Source: Saccostrea echinata (Eukaryota). Taken from it: a DNA stretch of 64,000 bases. The stretch is taken from contig NW_026889755.1 of the NCBI RefSeq assembly GCF_033153115.1, forward strand, positions 8,990,001 to 9,054,000, written 5' to 3'. How positions within the stretch are numbered: the stretch's first letter is position 1; each line of letters starts with the position of its first letter. The notes under the pieces were generated by a model, which ran no database searches, had not been told where the DNA came from, and worked only from the letters and a program-made list of their open reading frames with translations. The position numbers and the translations under genes are program-made. Below, in pieces: positions 51,197 through 64,000 of this stretch.

Positions 51197-51750
51197 GAAA
51201 AACTTTAACCTTGGCCATAACTTTTGAACAGTTGGTGCTTGGGGTTTCAAACTTCACATTTGTATCCTCTGGATGTCAACCTCTTTGACCTTGACCTAGG
51301 CGTATGACCTATTTTTGAAAAACTTTAACCTTGACCATAACTTTTCAACGGTTGGTGCTAGGGCTTTCATACTTCACGTATGTAATTCTTGTGACAAGAC
51401 CTTCTTTTGGATACCAACCACTTTGACCTTGACATAGGAGTTTGACCTACTTTTGAAAAACTTAAACCTTGGCCATAATTTTTGAATGGTTGGAGCAAGG
51501 GCTTTCATACTTTACATATGTAATCCTTGTGACAAGACCTTCCTTTGGATACCATCAACTTTGACCTTGACGTTTTACTTACTTTTAAAAAACTTTAACC
51601 TTCGCCATAACTTTTGAACAGTTCCAGCTAGGGCTTTCAAATTTAACATTTTTTATCTTTTAGCCTGGATTCTGACTTGCATTTGAGAAACTTTAACCTT
51701 CGCCATAAGCTGCCATACGGGGGCATCAGTGTTTTACAAACGCATCTTTT
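50837..51750 (+). mobile_element. HINE-like element with ~120-140 bp repeats, inside the Polinton
   Basis: tttttatgcccccggatcgaaagatcccggggg start; repeats of aactttaaccttggccataac; ggggcatcagtgttttacaaacgc end. Confidence 0.8.
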
Positions 51751-53249
51751 TTTTCTTTTTTTTTTTATTAAAACAATGTGAAGTACTTAGTGACTTAACA
51801 AATATTTACATTTTTCAGTGCATTTTTAGAACAGGTGTGGAAATATATTGGTGTATTCATTCCATTGTTTTGTTATTTGTGTTCACTTTATGCAGGTAAA
51901 AGACATTGTAATATATTTGTTTTGTGTGTGTGTGTGTGTTTTTTTTTAATTTTGTCTAGGGAACAGTACCACATAAATATCATTGATGGTGTATTTTAAA
52001 TTAAAAAAAAGAAAGAAAGAAATTCACATTCCTTCTATTCAAACTTGCATGTAGTTGTAATACTGTGATGGTGTAAATATGTGATTGTCATCAGGATAAT
52101 TGTTTCAAAATTGTAAACTATGACATGTGTTATTATTTCTCTTACTTGTTTTAATTTTTTGTAGAATTTGAAAAAAGGGTTATATTTCCTTTCGTTATTA
52201 AAATATTATTGAAGTTTTTTTCCACTTAGTACTTGTTGGTCTTTTATATTTTCTTACATTAATTTTTGTTTGACATATTTTAAAGTAGTTGTATGTAAGA
52301 AAAGAGGAAAATCCAAAATCTTTATTCTTATTATTTATGCATTTCATCTTTTTTCTTTTTACCTTTTGAGAGTTAAATGATTCAAGGAAAATCCAAAAAA
52401 TATTTTTTTTTCTTTTCCTAAATTTTTGTTTTGTATTTCTTTGATAAGTATACAACAAGATATAATCGCATTAATATTTCAGAACCACTTGTGTTCTTCA
52501 CATTTCTTAAATAGTTAAATGAACATTTTAATTCTTTAACCCCCCTTTTTTTTCTTTTTTTCATTAAAATCAGGAATGTAGTATGAAATCATAGCTTTAA
52601 TTTTAGTTGTTATGCATATTAACAATTTTTGACAACATTGTCTCAAGTGAATTCCCCCCCCCCCCTTTTTTAAGTGGTTCGTACATAAACATGTAATGGC
52701 ATTCTTTTTCATTTCTAATTGTAAAAATTGGAGGGGTTTTTTTGTTTTTTTTTATTTATTTATTTTTATTTATTTATTTATTTTAAATTTACATCACAGG
52801 TGCATTTGTTGAATTTTAGTAGTTATGCATGTGAGCAGTATTGGAGAACATTGTCTCTATTTTTTAGTTTTACATGTACTACTTGATACTTGAAGCAATG
52901 TTTTAGTTTTTAGATTTTTTGAAAGATTTGAATAACTTTGAGTATGTGAGTGTTAGGTTGGGTGTGTTTGTGTGTGTTTTAATTTTACTTCAGGAGTTTA
53001 GTTTGTTGAAAGAATAGCTTTACTTGTAGTAGTTATACTGTTACATATAAACAGAATTAGACAATATTTTCTCGTATTTTAATTTTCTACAATACTTAGG
53101 TTGAGAATTTTTGTTTTTTTTCCAAAAGATTTTGATCACTTATCTCTGGTTTCTATTCAAAATTGTTTCAAATTGATGAAAAAATGTTCAAGAAGAAAAT
53201 AAAGAAAATGTGTATATACATGTAAAACAATAAATTCTTTGCACTTACC

Positions 53250-53420
53250 ATTCTTGACTTCTAAAACCAAAGTTTCAATCTTTATCCCTGGGTCATTGTC
53301 TTCTGTTAGGTCAATGAATGTGTTAGGCCCTTCTCTTTGGATTAGCTTGTACAACAGAATTTCACCATTTAAGGTGATTCTGACTTCAAAATCATCAATG
53401 ATGTCTATGCTAACAGACAT
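53250..53420 (-). CDS. First exon of an unknown Polinton accessory gene
   Basis: MSVSIDIIDDFEVRITLNGE...FIDLTED...EVKN|gtaagt (consensus donor); TATA-like sequence upstream. Confidence 0.4.
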
Positions 53421-53984
53421 TTTGGATGATGAATTTGAATTACTTTACTTGCAATTATATACAAAAGTGTCTTTAAGATCTCGGTATTACATGTAACATT
53501 CTGGATCAGTGCATGTTTGGTATTCAATATATGGGCTTCCTGTTAAATTTAACATAGGTTAAATAATTCCACAAAATAATAGAATGAATGCATGTTATTG
53601 TGAAGTGGTGAAATTATGTACAAAGTTCATTAAAAAGAATATATATATATATTTATTCATTTACCTGTAACATGCAAGATGCTTGTGGAACAGGTAATGT
53701 GGTTTCTGATAATATTTCAATATAATGATAGCTAGTTTTACACTCCTTCGTTTTTTTTTTTTTTATAAAACTGCTACATTAATCTGACAAATTTCCTATT
53801 GTAAATCATGCAGTGCATAAGTCAGTCAATAAAGATGAATAGGAAACGATTAAATTTTTTTTTTTTTGCATATTCATGATATTATATAAATTAAATACTA
53901 GTAATTTAAAGTTAACATAACTCCATCAAGTGAAAAAATAAAATATCCTTCTGGATAGAGTATCAATTTCATGTTTTTCATTTT

Positions 53985-54576
53985 CCATATCCATATAGTG
54001 GTTAACATTTACATGAATCTAAGAGTTATTTCAGTTTTAAAAAAGTCAAAGAAACAAAAATCATCTTTGGTAAGTTAGTGCTTCATTTCAAATAAGGCTC
54101 ATCTTCTACATTAGGTTTTTCCTTGGGAATAAAATGATCTGTTTCATCTTTAACTTCTCTACTACTTTAAGAATATTATTAGAAATCATATTGACCATTC
54201 TGTTGACAATTTTACATGTATTTGGACTATTAAATTTGAGATAATCAAGGAAAAATTATTGATCAGGTATATCACCATATTTTGTTTTGTGTTATTTTAT
54301 ATCTGAATAATGCATCACATAATTAACAACACCTTGCAATATCAATAATCTAGATCATAATTGTGTAATCCCCATAACTTCACCACTCATATTGTCAATC
54401 TTGCTCGCACATCGTCATACACCTAACAGATGGCTATACCTACAGAACACCTACATAATTATATCATATCAATAATCTTGGTCACACCTGGTCCTACATG
54501 TAACCCATGGCTATACACGTAACCCACCACACTCCACGCCGTAAAGGTGGTCTAGTGTTAGCAAAATCATACTACT
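53985..54576 (-). repeat. Polinton right TIR
   Basis: Inverted copy of 39620-40170, including a decayed copy of the start of ORF 39965. Confidence 0.85.
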
Positions 54577-57357
54577 ATCGTGCAGAGCGCTAATTCATAT
54601 ACACAAACAATATACACAGGAAGTTCATTACTTGTATGGCGTGTTTGGCTAACATGTTATCAAGAGATAAAATAAGTGATTTTTAATTCGAAAGACAATA
54701 TCATAGTAATAACTAATATTTGTAAAATTTCATAAATTCCCAAATGTCAAACAGAAATCTCAACCCTTTTTCCCACCTCTGGAATTTCCAGGGGTCCTTG
54801 CGAACTTAGGTGTACCAAACTTAGAAATACACTGCATACTGGACTTGTTTTAATTGAAAAACTATTATGCTGGTGATTATAGAAGTTTGCTAGTTTGATA
54901 GCTAAATACAAACCTGCAATAAAATTGTTGAGTGTCCGGTGATATAAAACGCACATTAGTTACATGCGCGCCACAGGCTCTATTTGGCAAACAGGCAAGT
55001 GCCTCACACCCTAAAGGAAGACTTGCATGTATAATATTGTACATTATTCATAGAAAACTTGTTAAAGTTAATTAAAACATTTTTTTTGTATCATAATCAT
55101 AATGCTTACCCTTTGGAAAAATGCCGACAAAAACACATACAAGGAAAAATAATATTAAGGTTTTGCACATTTTTCCTCTTTTCCTGCAAAAGAGTAACAC
55201 AATGCTTTCCTGAAACTGATGTTAAACATGAAAAATTAATACTTTTACATAACTTTCCTGGCTAAACATTATGATACCAATTAACAAAAAAAATAATAAC
55301 CTTATTCGTCAGAAGAAACACTAAACAAAACGATTAGAGTTGTTTACCTTTGTCTTCAGTTTTCATTAAGATATAATATGAGCTTTTTTGGCAATACATC
55401 TTTTGACAATACTCTGGATTAATTTTTTCCATCAACATGTGAAAATTTTAGATAATTCTTATATGATAACGATATCGTATCAATAGTAAAAATCTGAATT
55501 TTATTTGTGTCATTTACACGACAATAAAAGAAAATGAAATTGGGGCTAAATCAACAGATGTCATTTTCAGAAATAAATCAAACTTAAAGCCAGATTTCCA
55601 TAAATATACATTAGAGCAGTATTTTTTTCCGTAAATTAGCAGGTTTAGAGCAATATATTTTTCATAAGTTAAAATGAAAGAAAAAAAAACAATGGCTACA
55701 AAAATACATCCTTAATACATGTAATGCATAATGTATTTTCATAATATGAGAGCGTATCGATTTTATTTGAATTTTTTCAAGGGTCTTTGTAAATGAAAAA
55801 AGTTGAATAAACATACCTCTTAATACAACCAAGAAGATGGTACTCTTGGTGATTCTGTCACTATTTTAATGACGGTATGCCCATCTAGGGTCATTTTATA
55901 AGCTGCAATGAATTGGAATTTCAAAAAAAAAAATAATATTAATAATAATAAAATAAAATAAAATAAAAATCCCAGTTTCTTATCTAGATTAGCAGTGCTG
56001 TACTTTAAATTTTGTTCTTGGCTAATTATTATTTCATAAAAATTCATATGATTAAATGAGAGTTTGTTTATCTAATTTAATTTTTATGAAAGAATATATT
56101 ACAATTTCATAAACGTTTTACTAAAGCTGTTATTATTTTGAAGAACATATTTGCATTCTACAAGATATGGATTTATAACCAGTCATTTACACGATAAAGT
56201 GTGTGCAAAGTTGTTTTCGGTGTTTGTAACAACAAATTAAAAAAAGCACTTATAGTTCCCCCTTTTTTTAAATGAGATATTAATGTACCTGAAGCGCCGA
56301 TCTCGGGAGTTTGAAATCTCTTTAAACCAATGTTGTGTAAAATTTATTAGCGTGATTGCTATCACGCAATGGAAAAAACCAACAACATTCAATGCCTTTT
56401 TTGCCACTTCAAACTAAAGCCTGATTAATTCAAAGTCTATAAACGAAATATCTAGCAATCTCCCATCAATTAAACAACCTGATCAATTTTTTTCATGGAT
56501 TGATTTTAAACTTGTAAGTTATTAAGATAAACGACATATATTTAAAATAGTTATTGTTGAGAATATTAAAAATTGTGTTTTATTTCTTATTTGTCTTTGT
56601 ATAAGATGAAGAGAAAGAACTGCTGAACTGGCCGATTAAAATCCATACACAATGTATAAAATGTTTCAACATGTGGCTGAGGTTTCAGTCGCTTTTCTTC
56701 CTAAGCATGTTTCTTGGAACAAATTTGTCTCTTTATTATCAACAGTAATCTCTGAAGCATATTATGTTTGTTTCCTTACTAATCCTTGACTTTTGTAAAC
56801 AACTCACAATTAAGCGTATTTGTCCATTTGTAACCAACAAACCGACCTCTTTCCTTGGAGATGTCCGCATTGCTGGAATAGATATACACCTCTCCCATTT
56901 TAGACTGAATAGGGGGTATTGTTGATATCTTATAGTTGAGTTTTGGCCCGTTAGCATAAGGAAACCCTGAAACCCTTATCTGACCTTACGAACTCTCTAG
57001 TCGGCAAAATAATTTGGCAGTATCGGTGCTATGTTGATTCTCTCGGTAATACTTGTCCTGTGGGCTGAAACTCAGCGCAAAATAATTACTATCGAAATAT
57101 GTAGAAGAAACATACACATATTGGGAAAAAACCTCTAAAAATCATTCTATTTAATAAATCATAATTGTATTAAAAAAATTAAAAATGAACTGTTAAATAA
57201 ATCCTATCAAAAAACAAACACGCCATCGGATACGATTAATTATACAATTATCCATCTCTTCAATTTTCTACTTGTTAACAAGTTTTATATTATAGGTGTA
57301 CCATATTAAATAGGTAATTCAATAATAATATACTTACATTCTGTGTATGAAATATTA

Positions 57358-57545
57358 AGATAACGAACAGAATTCAATCTCGGAAGTCCAAAGGAACGAT
57401 ACAAATTTGGAACACGGAACTCAAATTTTAGAGGTTGGATCAGGTGCCATGAAGACGTGAGCATCCTCTACCGACCGGTCATGCCCGCCGTGTGCTCCTT
57501 GTCATGATAGGAAAAAAACGGAAAAATCCGTTGACAGTTAAGTGT
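57358..57545 (-). repeat. Second copy of the 13165-13355 repeat
   Basis: gataacgaacag..gatcaggtgccatg..gtgagcatcc..cgtgtgctccttgtcatgat..aaatccgt. Confidence 0.7.
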
Positions 57546-57688
57546 TTAAAAGAAGGCCAAACAATTTCTCATTTCAAAAAATGCATCTAAAAAATTCAAA
57601 TTCCTGTAATACACTGACAACATAATTACGGCTTATGAATACAACACACAACTGGAACTACTTGCGTAGATGTAGTCTGCTAAATGTA

Positions 57689-58225
57689 AACTAGAAATAT
57701 GTCCATAGGACATGAATGCCCCGCCGAAGGTATATTGGTAATGCAACATGAAAATCTGTAGTAGTGTATGAAATTTGATGAGAATATCTTGAATAGTTTC
57801 TTTAAATTTGAAATCTAAAAATTTGGATATAGATGATAAATTCTCACCAAATTATTCATTGGTAGATAAAACAAATCATTCGGCACTGACTTTTAAAAAC
57901 TGATTTGTTCCTTTGCCAGATTTTTTAATCAACAACATATCCTCACCTTTTTGTGTTAGTTTGGTGATAAACTGCCAAGTGGTTCTTGAGAAGAAATTTT
58001 TTTAGCAACTAGTACTTTTGTTTCTATTTTCCTAATTATCTCCCCTTGTTTAAGGGTCACAACTCTAGTTTTAGTATAAACGGGAGCCCTTATGCCAAGG
58101 ATACCCTGTGACAAATTTGACAATAATTTGCCAAGGTGTTGTTGAGTTATGGCCCATATTCTTATACGTTTATGCACACCACAGCATTAGCTCTTTGCGA
58201 GTTTGGCTCAGAAGAGCTAATAAAA
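57689..58225 (-). mobile_element. Degenerate HINE-like element
   Basis: atgtccataggacat hairpin at one end, ggctcagaagagctaataaaa at the other, and satellite-like sequence between. Confidence 0.45.
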
Positions 58226-61200
58226 CAAGAGAAAAGGGTCAGAGAGAGGGGGAAAATATACCATTTTTAGGTTTTAAAAGCAAATAACGAGAAGTATGAG
58301 TCTTTGTACATGTGGAGGAGTCCCTGGCGCACTCTTGAAGACTCGTAAACTATTCGGGGAACTGCTCTTAAGACACAGGTCCCTGGCTCGGTCGTAACGA
58401 CTCGTTAACCACTAGATAATGATCGTTTTAAACGCTGATACAGTCGTTACGAGAAATAAGCTTTGTGAATAGGAGTGTGCTCACTTCTGGCATACCTTTG
58501 AAGAGGTCGTAAGAAGCAATCACTCTTCTCGTTAAAAAAAGTAGTAAGCCCAGCTCTCATCGGGCAGCAGTTCCATAGTACTAGTAAAGGGTACAATCGC
58601 ATCATCTCGGGTCTTTCCGTCAGAGGTCGGAAAAACAACCTCGAATGTATTAACATTACGGGATATTAAAAATTTATACAAGATGGAGTCGCTTCCTATT
58701 TATTAAAGCATTGGAAAGACAGAGTTAAAGGTCACTTCTGTAGTATATTTTAGATGATATTTCTACATTCAATAAAGTTAGGCACCAAACTCTACAGATA
58801 AGAGGTCTCCCTACTTTAATTGAATATTATTGCAAAGTTTATGAAAAGGGGGGTTGTAATGGACGCCAACGTAACACATTCTAGGTTGTTTTTCCGCTTG
58901 TCGGAAAAGCCCGAGAAGTGTAGATTGGTAAAGATTAAGTAGCCATCTTGGGCGGAAACGGAAGGGTTGCCATATAGGGCGGGAGGACGGTCATCTTGGA
59001 AGGAAAGGCAGCCGTTATGGTCGGAAACGGAAGGCCGGTCTTCTTGGACCAGGTTCGGACGGTTAAAGAGGGTTGAAAATTCCCTCCTATATTACTTTCT
59101 TCAAATTACTAACATCTAAATTTGAGAAGACTTTATATTAGTCTTAATTTTTACGCTTTCTACATGAAATTTTATGATTTCTACTGGGAGGGGTGTGGTG
59201 TTGAATTCTATACAATTCTTGCAAGTAAAACAGAGTATCCAGGAAAAGAGATATCCATAAATTAGTCTGAAGTTCAACGTTTTAATGCTGTTTTCTTGTT
59301 TTAAAACAATCTGATTCTAAACCCAAGTTCTAAATTCATTTTCAGAGGATGCTAGACGTCTTTCACATTTGTTTCATATTTAGATGTTTTACTGATTAAG
59401 ACCTTAGTTGTCAACTAACAACTGAACTCTGTAATTTTTAGCGCACCATGTCCTTGCATGTACCTCGTATCGAAGATCTTTTTTCTGACCTAACTTCACT
59501 TGATTACTTGTTTTACGATTGTTTTCAAAAATTTTACGAATCAACACCAGCGCTGAAATATATAAATACAACATTAAATCCCACACATCATGCATTACTA
59601 CCGGTAATTCCATCATGTCTGTACACAAAGACAAATTAGATATGATTAATGTGGCCTTTTTTTCAAGTACGCTTCCTGATGGCTATAAAGGGACATTTTT
59701 ATGGACTTAATCCTCAGGAATTTTCCATCTACAAAAACAAAAGAATACATTGTACAAATGATAAACATATAACCAAGCACGTGTATTCTCAATAAAGATT
59801 GCAAACCAGTAGACACGAGCACCCTTCAGACAAGGAAGATCACAAGGAAGAAAAGTATGCAATATCTTATTAGAAATAAAACCTACATAAAATAAATCCA
59901 TGATATATTAATGTATTAAATAATTAAAATGAATTTAAATTTAACAAATCTTAAAATGAACTAAATAACAATTCCATTAAAACAGTACCATTGGGAGCAG
60001 AAATCCAATTATTATTTCGTTGGAGGAGGACATTCCAGAGCCGCCTACATAGAACCAACATCGTCCACTGTCCAACAACACTTGCAGTTCCAAGAAAAAA
60101 AGCAGGTGCGACTTTCTTTATTAACTGCCATTACTCTTATATATATATATATATTTAAATTTCACAGTAGTTTTACATTGACTTTAATGCAATGTACATA
60201 ATTAATGTGACGCAGATTTGAAATTGTTAGTATTTTATATAAAGCTTTTACAATTACTAAGAGGATGCGCACAAATAAGGGCCCGAGGATCATGGAAAAT
60301 CTCAAGTCGAAATCTTTATGTTGTACTAAAACTTTGGTCAAGCAAACCAAAATTTAAATATTTTCAATGTTGCTTCACAAAAAGTGTTATCTGCAAATTT
60401 TGAGATAAGCATACTAATTAATAAATAGTTTACAGTTGATTGAAAATTTGACTCATTTTTATGTCTGTGTCAGGACCCTGAGGCAGGGTCTTTAATCCAG
60501 CTGACTTTCAAGAGAGACGAGGGCAAGGAAAGACAACTCTTTAAACATATGCAAAATCCCTTTGTATGGACATCAGAGGATGGTGATTTCTAGTAAATGA
60601 AAAAATTTTCATTCTGCAATAAAGAAGTTATATACTTATTCTTTAAAGCATATTTAAAGTACACCTATGCGTTTTATTGAACTTATGACTTTGACTCTAC
60701 ATCGACGTAAAGTTTTACAAATAAATTTCGTTTTAACAACGAAAATGTGCAATATAATTTTCAAAGAAATCAGTTACTTATACATCATTTAATAAAAAAT
60801 CGTCTTAATACGTTCTTTTGTAGAACGGACATTACTTACAGTTCTTAATATATTTAGTGACGCTTTAGGTCCGTTATGAATCAACATGGCGGTATTCTTA
60901 CGACTTTAACAAAAAAACCCATTCTGATTTGTAAAACATATCCCATACAAGTGAGCGATACATATCAAAATGTGTTTAATTTATGAGATAACTTTATAAT
61001 AAGTTTATTGCAAGTACCTAAATTAAATTCTCGCCTTTCATACATTCCCGATGGCTGCAAATTTCATTTCTATCTTTGACCTATTCATCTTTGACAATGT
61101 GGCATTCAACCAGAAAGAACCGTTAAGGATATTTTTCCCACAATGCATCGGTAAATGCTTTTTCATTGGATAAAGCACTTTACATTATCCAACCAAAATA

Positions 61201-61281
61201 GTGATACATTTATAAAGAATGGGCTAAAATCCCAAAAATAAAATAGAATTTTTTTTTTCGGATCCGATGCAATACTATTAT

Positions 61282-62162
61282 AACAAGAGGCCCAGGGGCC
61301 ACATCGCTCATCTGAGCACTCTGGCTAGGAAAGAGCAGAAATCAGTTCTGTCTTGAAAAGATTTAATATAAAAGTGGTTCGAGGGTGTGTGTGTTAATTT
61401 GAACTAACTTGAATCTATACTTCATAGGGATGCTTTTGAATTAATATGACAAATAAAGGCTTTGCTGTTCTTGAGAAGATAATTTTTATTGACATATCCC
61501 TTGTATTCCTTGGTATAATTATAATCCCCGTTTTTGCCCCCTCTATTCTCTTGGACTGGGGATGCTTGGAACAAAATTTGAATCTACATTACGTGAGGAT
61601 GTTCTATTGAAATATGACTAATTATGGCTTTGCTGCTCTTGATAAGAAGATTTTTAAAGATTTGTTTTTCTATGTATTCCTATGTAAAACTTTGATCGCC
61701 CATTGTGGCCCCATCCTACCCCTTGGGGTCATGATTTGAACAAACTTGAATCTTCACTACCTCAGGATGCTTTCATATAAATATGACCAATTTTGGCTTT
61801 GCTCTTCTGAAGAAAAAATGCACTCCTGTGTAAAAATATGATCGCCCATTGTGGCCCCACCCTACCCCCGGGGATCATGATTTGAACAAACTTGAATCTA
61901 CACTTCTTGAGGATGCTTCCATATATGTTTCATATTTTCAAGCACAGTGGTTTCAAGCACAGATATTTTTAAATGATGCCATTAATTTTTCACGAATTCA
62001 TAATTATCTCCCCTTGGAAGAGGGCATGGCCATTCATTTGAACAAACCCCTTTACCTAAAGATACTTTGTGGCAAGTTTGCTTGACATTGCCCCAGTGGA
62101 TCTTGAGAAGATGAAAATGTGAAAAAATTACGTCAACGACGACAGACAACGAACGAATTTCC

Positions 62163-62197
<35 letters not shown>

Positions 62198-62206
62198 GGC
62201 TAAAAA
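61282..62206 (-). mobile_element. HINE-like element related to 5260-6544
   Basis: aacaagaggcccaggggccacatcgctca...aaagctcacttgagccttcggctcaggtgggctaaaa, with internal tgaacaaacttgaatct repeats. Confidence 0.85.
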
Positions 62207-62941
62207 CAATTGTTGCGATAAATAAAAACGGAATAAAGCTAATTTCTTAAGTCAAGAAATAATTAAATACACCGAATTTAGTACGAAACAAAATGTGAAT
62301 AACGTCAACAACGTACAAATATTATAAGCGAATAACAGGATAATGCCTGCGTGTTTTTAGCATAGATTGAAACGAATACACAGAATGTTTCCATCCATTT
62401 AGCTATTATCATTATGTGGTCTTTTTCTGATGATTTGAAAAAGAGTAATTGACCTTCTTTATCGACTGACTGGGATTTATCGTGTCTGTAACTGGAATCC
62501 TGGCATTTAATAAGTCAAAGAATATTCAGTTCTCTTATTAAGTATTCAGCGTTTCAAGTAATGACATCACAACAATAACTGGTTCTAAAATTAATATAAA
62601 ACATACAATAACATTAGAATGGTACAATAAAATATAATAATAGATACACATAGGAATCATTATACAAATAGTATCATAAATAAATATTTCACTCGATGGA
62701 ATTTAATACGCGTTACATATATAAAGGGAAATAACTCTTACAAGCTTAATCTTTAAAATTACTTTCCACAATCGTGAAGAGTTATCTTTCTTATATAACC
62801 AAAATAAGAAACATCTGTGCATACAGGTTTATGAAACCAAGTCCATCTGACATTCAAACACCCAGTATGCTGTAAATCAATGCATGCCCTAATGAAAATT
62901 CACCAATGGATCTAAGGCCATTCATCTTCCCTCCGAGTTTC

Positions 62942-63016
62942 GAATGTCAGACACCTCGGCCCAATGACACCTCGGCTCAGACAGGTCGGCCCAAGATTTA
63001 AGACACCTCCGCCCAT
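62942..63016 (+). repeat. Subterminal repeat array of a MITE end
   Basis: Four gacacctcggccc-like units. Confidence 0.4.
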
Positions 63017-64000
63017 CTAATTTGCGACTTAAATAAAACATTGATTGAAAAAATTAATTGACTATGTTATCATTTTTTTTAGATTAAAATATAATTAAGA
63101 CATATAATTAATAAGTGCTAATGGTGCTAATTGATAAACAAACAAAATACCGCTTCGCATCCTTTGGAGTCTCAAGTGGTGTCATCCTGGTGACAATATG
63201 AGGGGTTAATTACGAGCAGAATTAATTGTAAGACACTACATTTACATCCATTGAATATTTTCTATTTTATTTTCTAAGAAAACACTCACAAAAGTAACCA
63301 TTTTATTGAACATGCAGTTTTTCCACTACGCTTCCTCTATCATCGTGTGCTTTTCAGTTAATGAAACATAAAATTTTAATGTAAGATTAATTGGTTTCTC
63401 GCATTAACCTCCCAAGCAAAAAAAATTTAAATGTAATCCATTTCTTTTCACGGATTATTGACCTATCTCAAATCGTCAGAGAAACAATGCAAAATGATAC
63501 GATATCATACTATTCTTATAATCGAAATATATAAAATCGTAAGAAAGAATTGCTAGTATGTTGAAATCTAGTATTACTTAGCATATATATTGCGCATTTT
63601 CCACAAGAGAGAGATGCATGCAAGTTAAGGACCTATATGATTTTAGTTTTAAATAGAAATGAACCAATTAGCTATCATAGACCTCCCCCCCCCCCTTTTC
63701 CCAATTTGATTTAAATTTTTTTAATGAATGTCACAGGGTGACAATTACTTGTTTTTATTTCATGTAGAATAACTAGTGAATAGTACAGCTAGTATATTAA
63801 GTAGTAAATAGCTTAGTAAAGTTTCATTCATAATTCATTGTGGTCATTGTCATCGTGTTTATATTGTATTCTTGTTTGTAAGGCGTTCCGTGTCACGTGA
63901 TTGTGTTTGGATATCACGTGATTGTCTTGTGGACTACTGTTATTCCTGGTTGAGAGTGGTAGAACCAGTATGTATGGGGTGTGGTTGCTATCTACGCATG

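Larger units (their letters stand above)
39620..54576 (+). mobile_element. Polinton/Maverick (endogenous virus-like element), decayed, apparently lacking pPolB and ATPase
   Basis: Termini AGTAGTATG...CATACTACT, long TIRs, 6-bp TSD gtcgtg (39614-39619)/atcgtg (54577-54582), and an INT-penton-core-MCP-protease cluster. Confidence 0.93.

Noticed and set aside
51836-51896. A further TM-coding exon (VWKYIGVFIPLFCYLCSLYA)
   Set aside because: It has AG/GT borders but could not be linked in phase to a gene model, and T-rich DNA gives hydrophobic readings by chance.
58300-60110. Coding or exon-like tracts near the window end
   Set aside because: No recognisable motif or consistent frame.
63877-64000. 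Possible LTR start (tgtaaggcg...)
   Set aside because: Truncated by the window edge, with no partner LTR or PBS to confirm it.

Overview
Eukaryotic, AT-rich, repeat-dense genomic DNA with no intact host gene recognised. The repeat families (Helentron/HINE elements carrying ~150-165 bp satellite arrays, Nin/Deu-domain-like tRNA SINEs) suggest a bivalve, probably an oyster (inference). The main feature is a ~15 kb integrated Polinton/Maverick (endogenous virus-like element) at 39620-54576, with AGTAGT termini, ~550 bp inverted repeats and a 6-bp TSD. It encodes an integrase with chromodomain, penton, basic core protein, double-jelly-roll major capsid and adenain protease, but I find no pPolB or packaging ATPase. 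It also carries apparently spliced accessory genes that the ORF track misses: an integrase whose ATG is separated by an intron, two PC4-like proteins (one with a TM anchor), and a 4-exon type-I membrane protein with three candidate alternative terminal exons. The rest of the window holds a full-length but decayed Bel/Pao LTR retrotransposon (6735-13037) inserted into an RT-derived repeat, Gypsy and DIRS remnants, five SINEs, seven HINE-like elements and many MITEs with identifiable TSDs, several of them nested.
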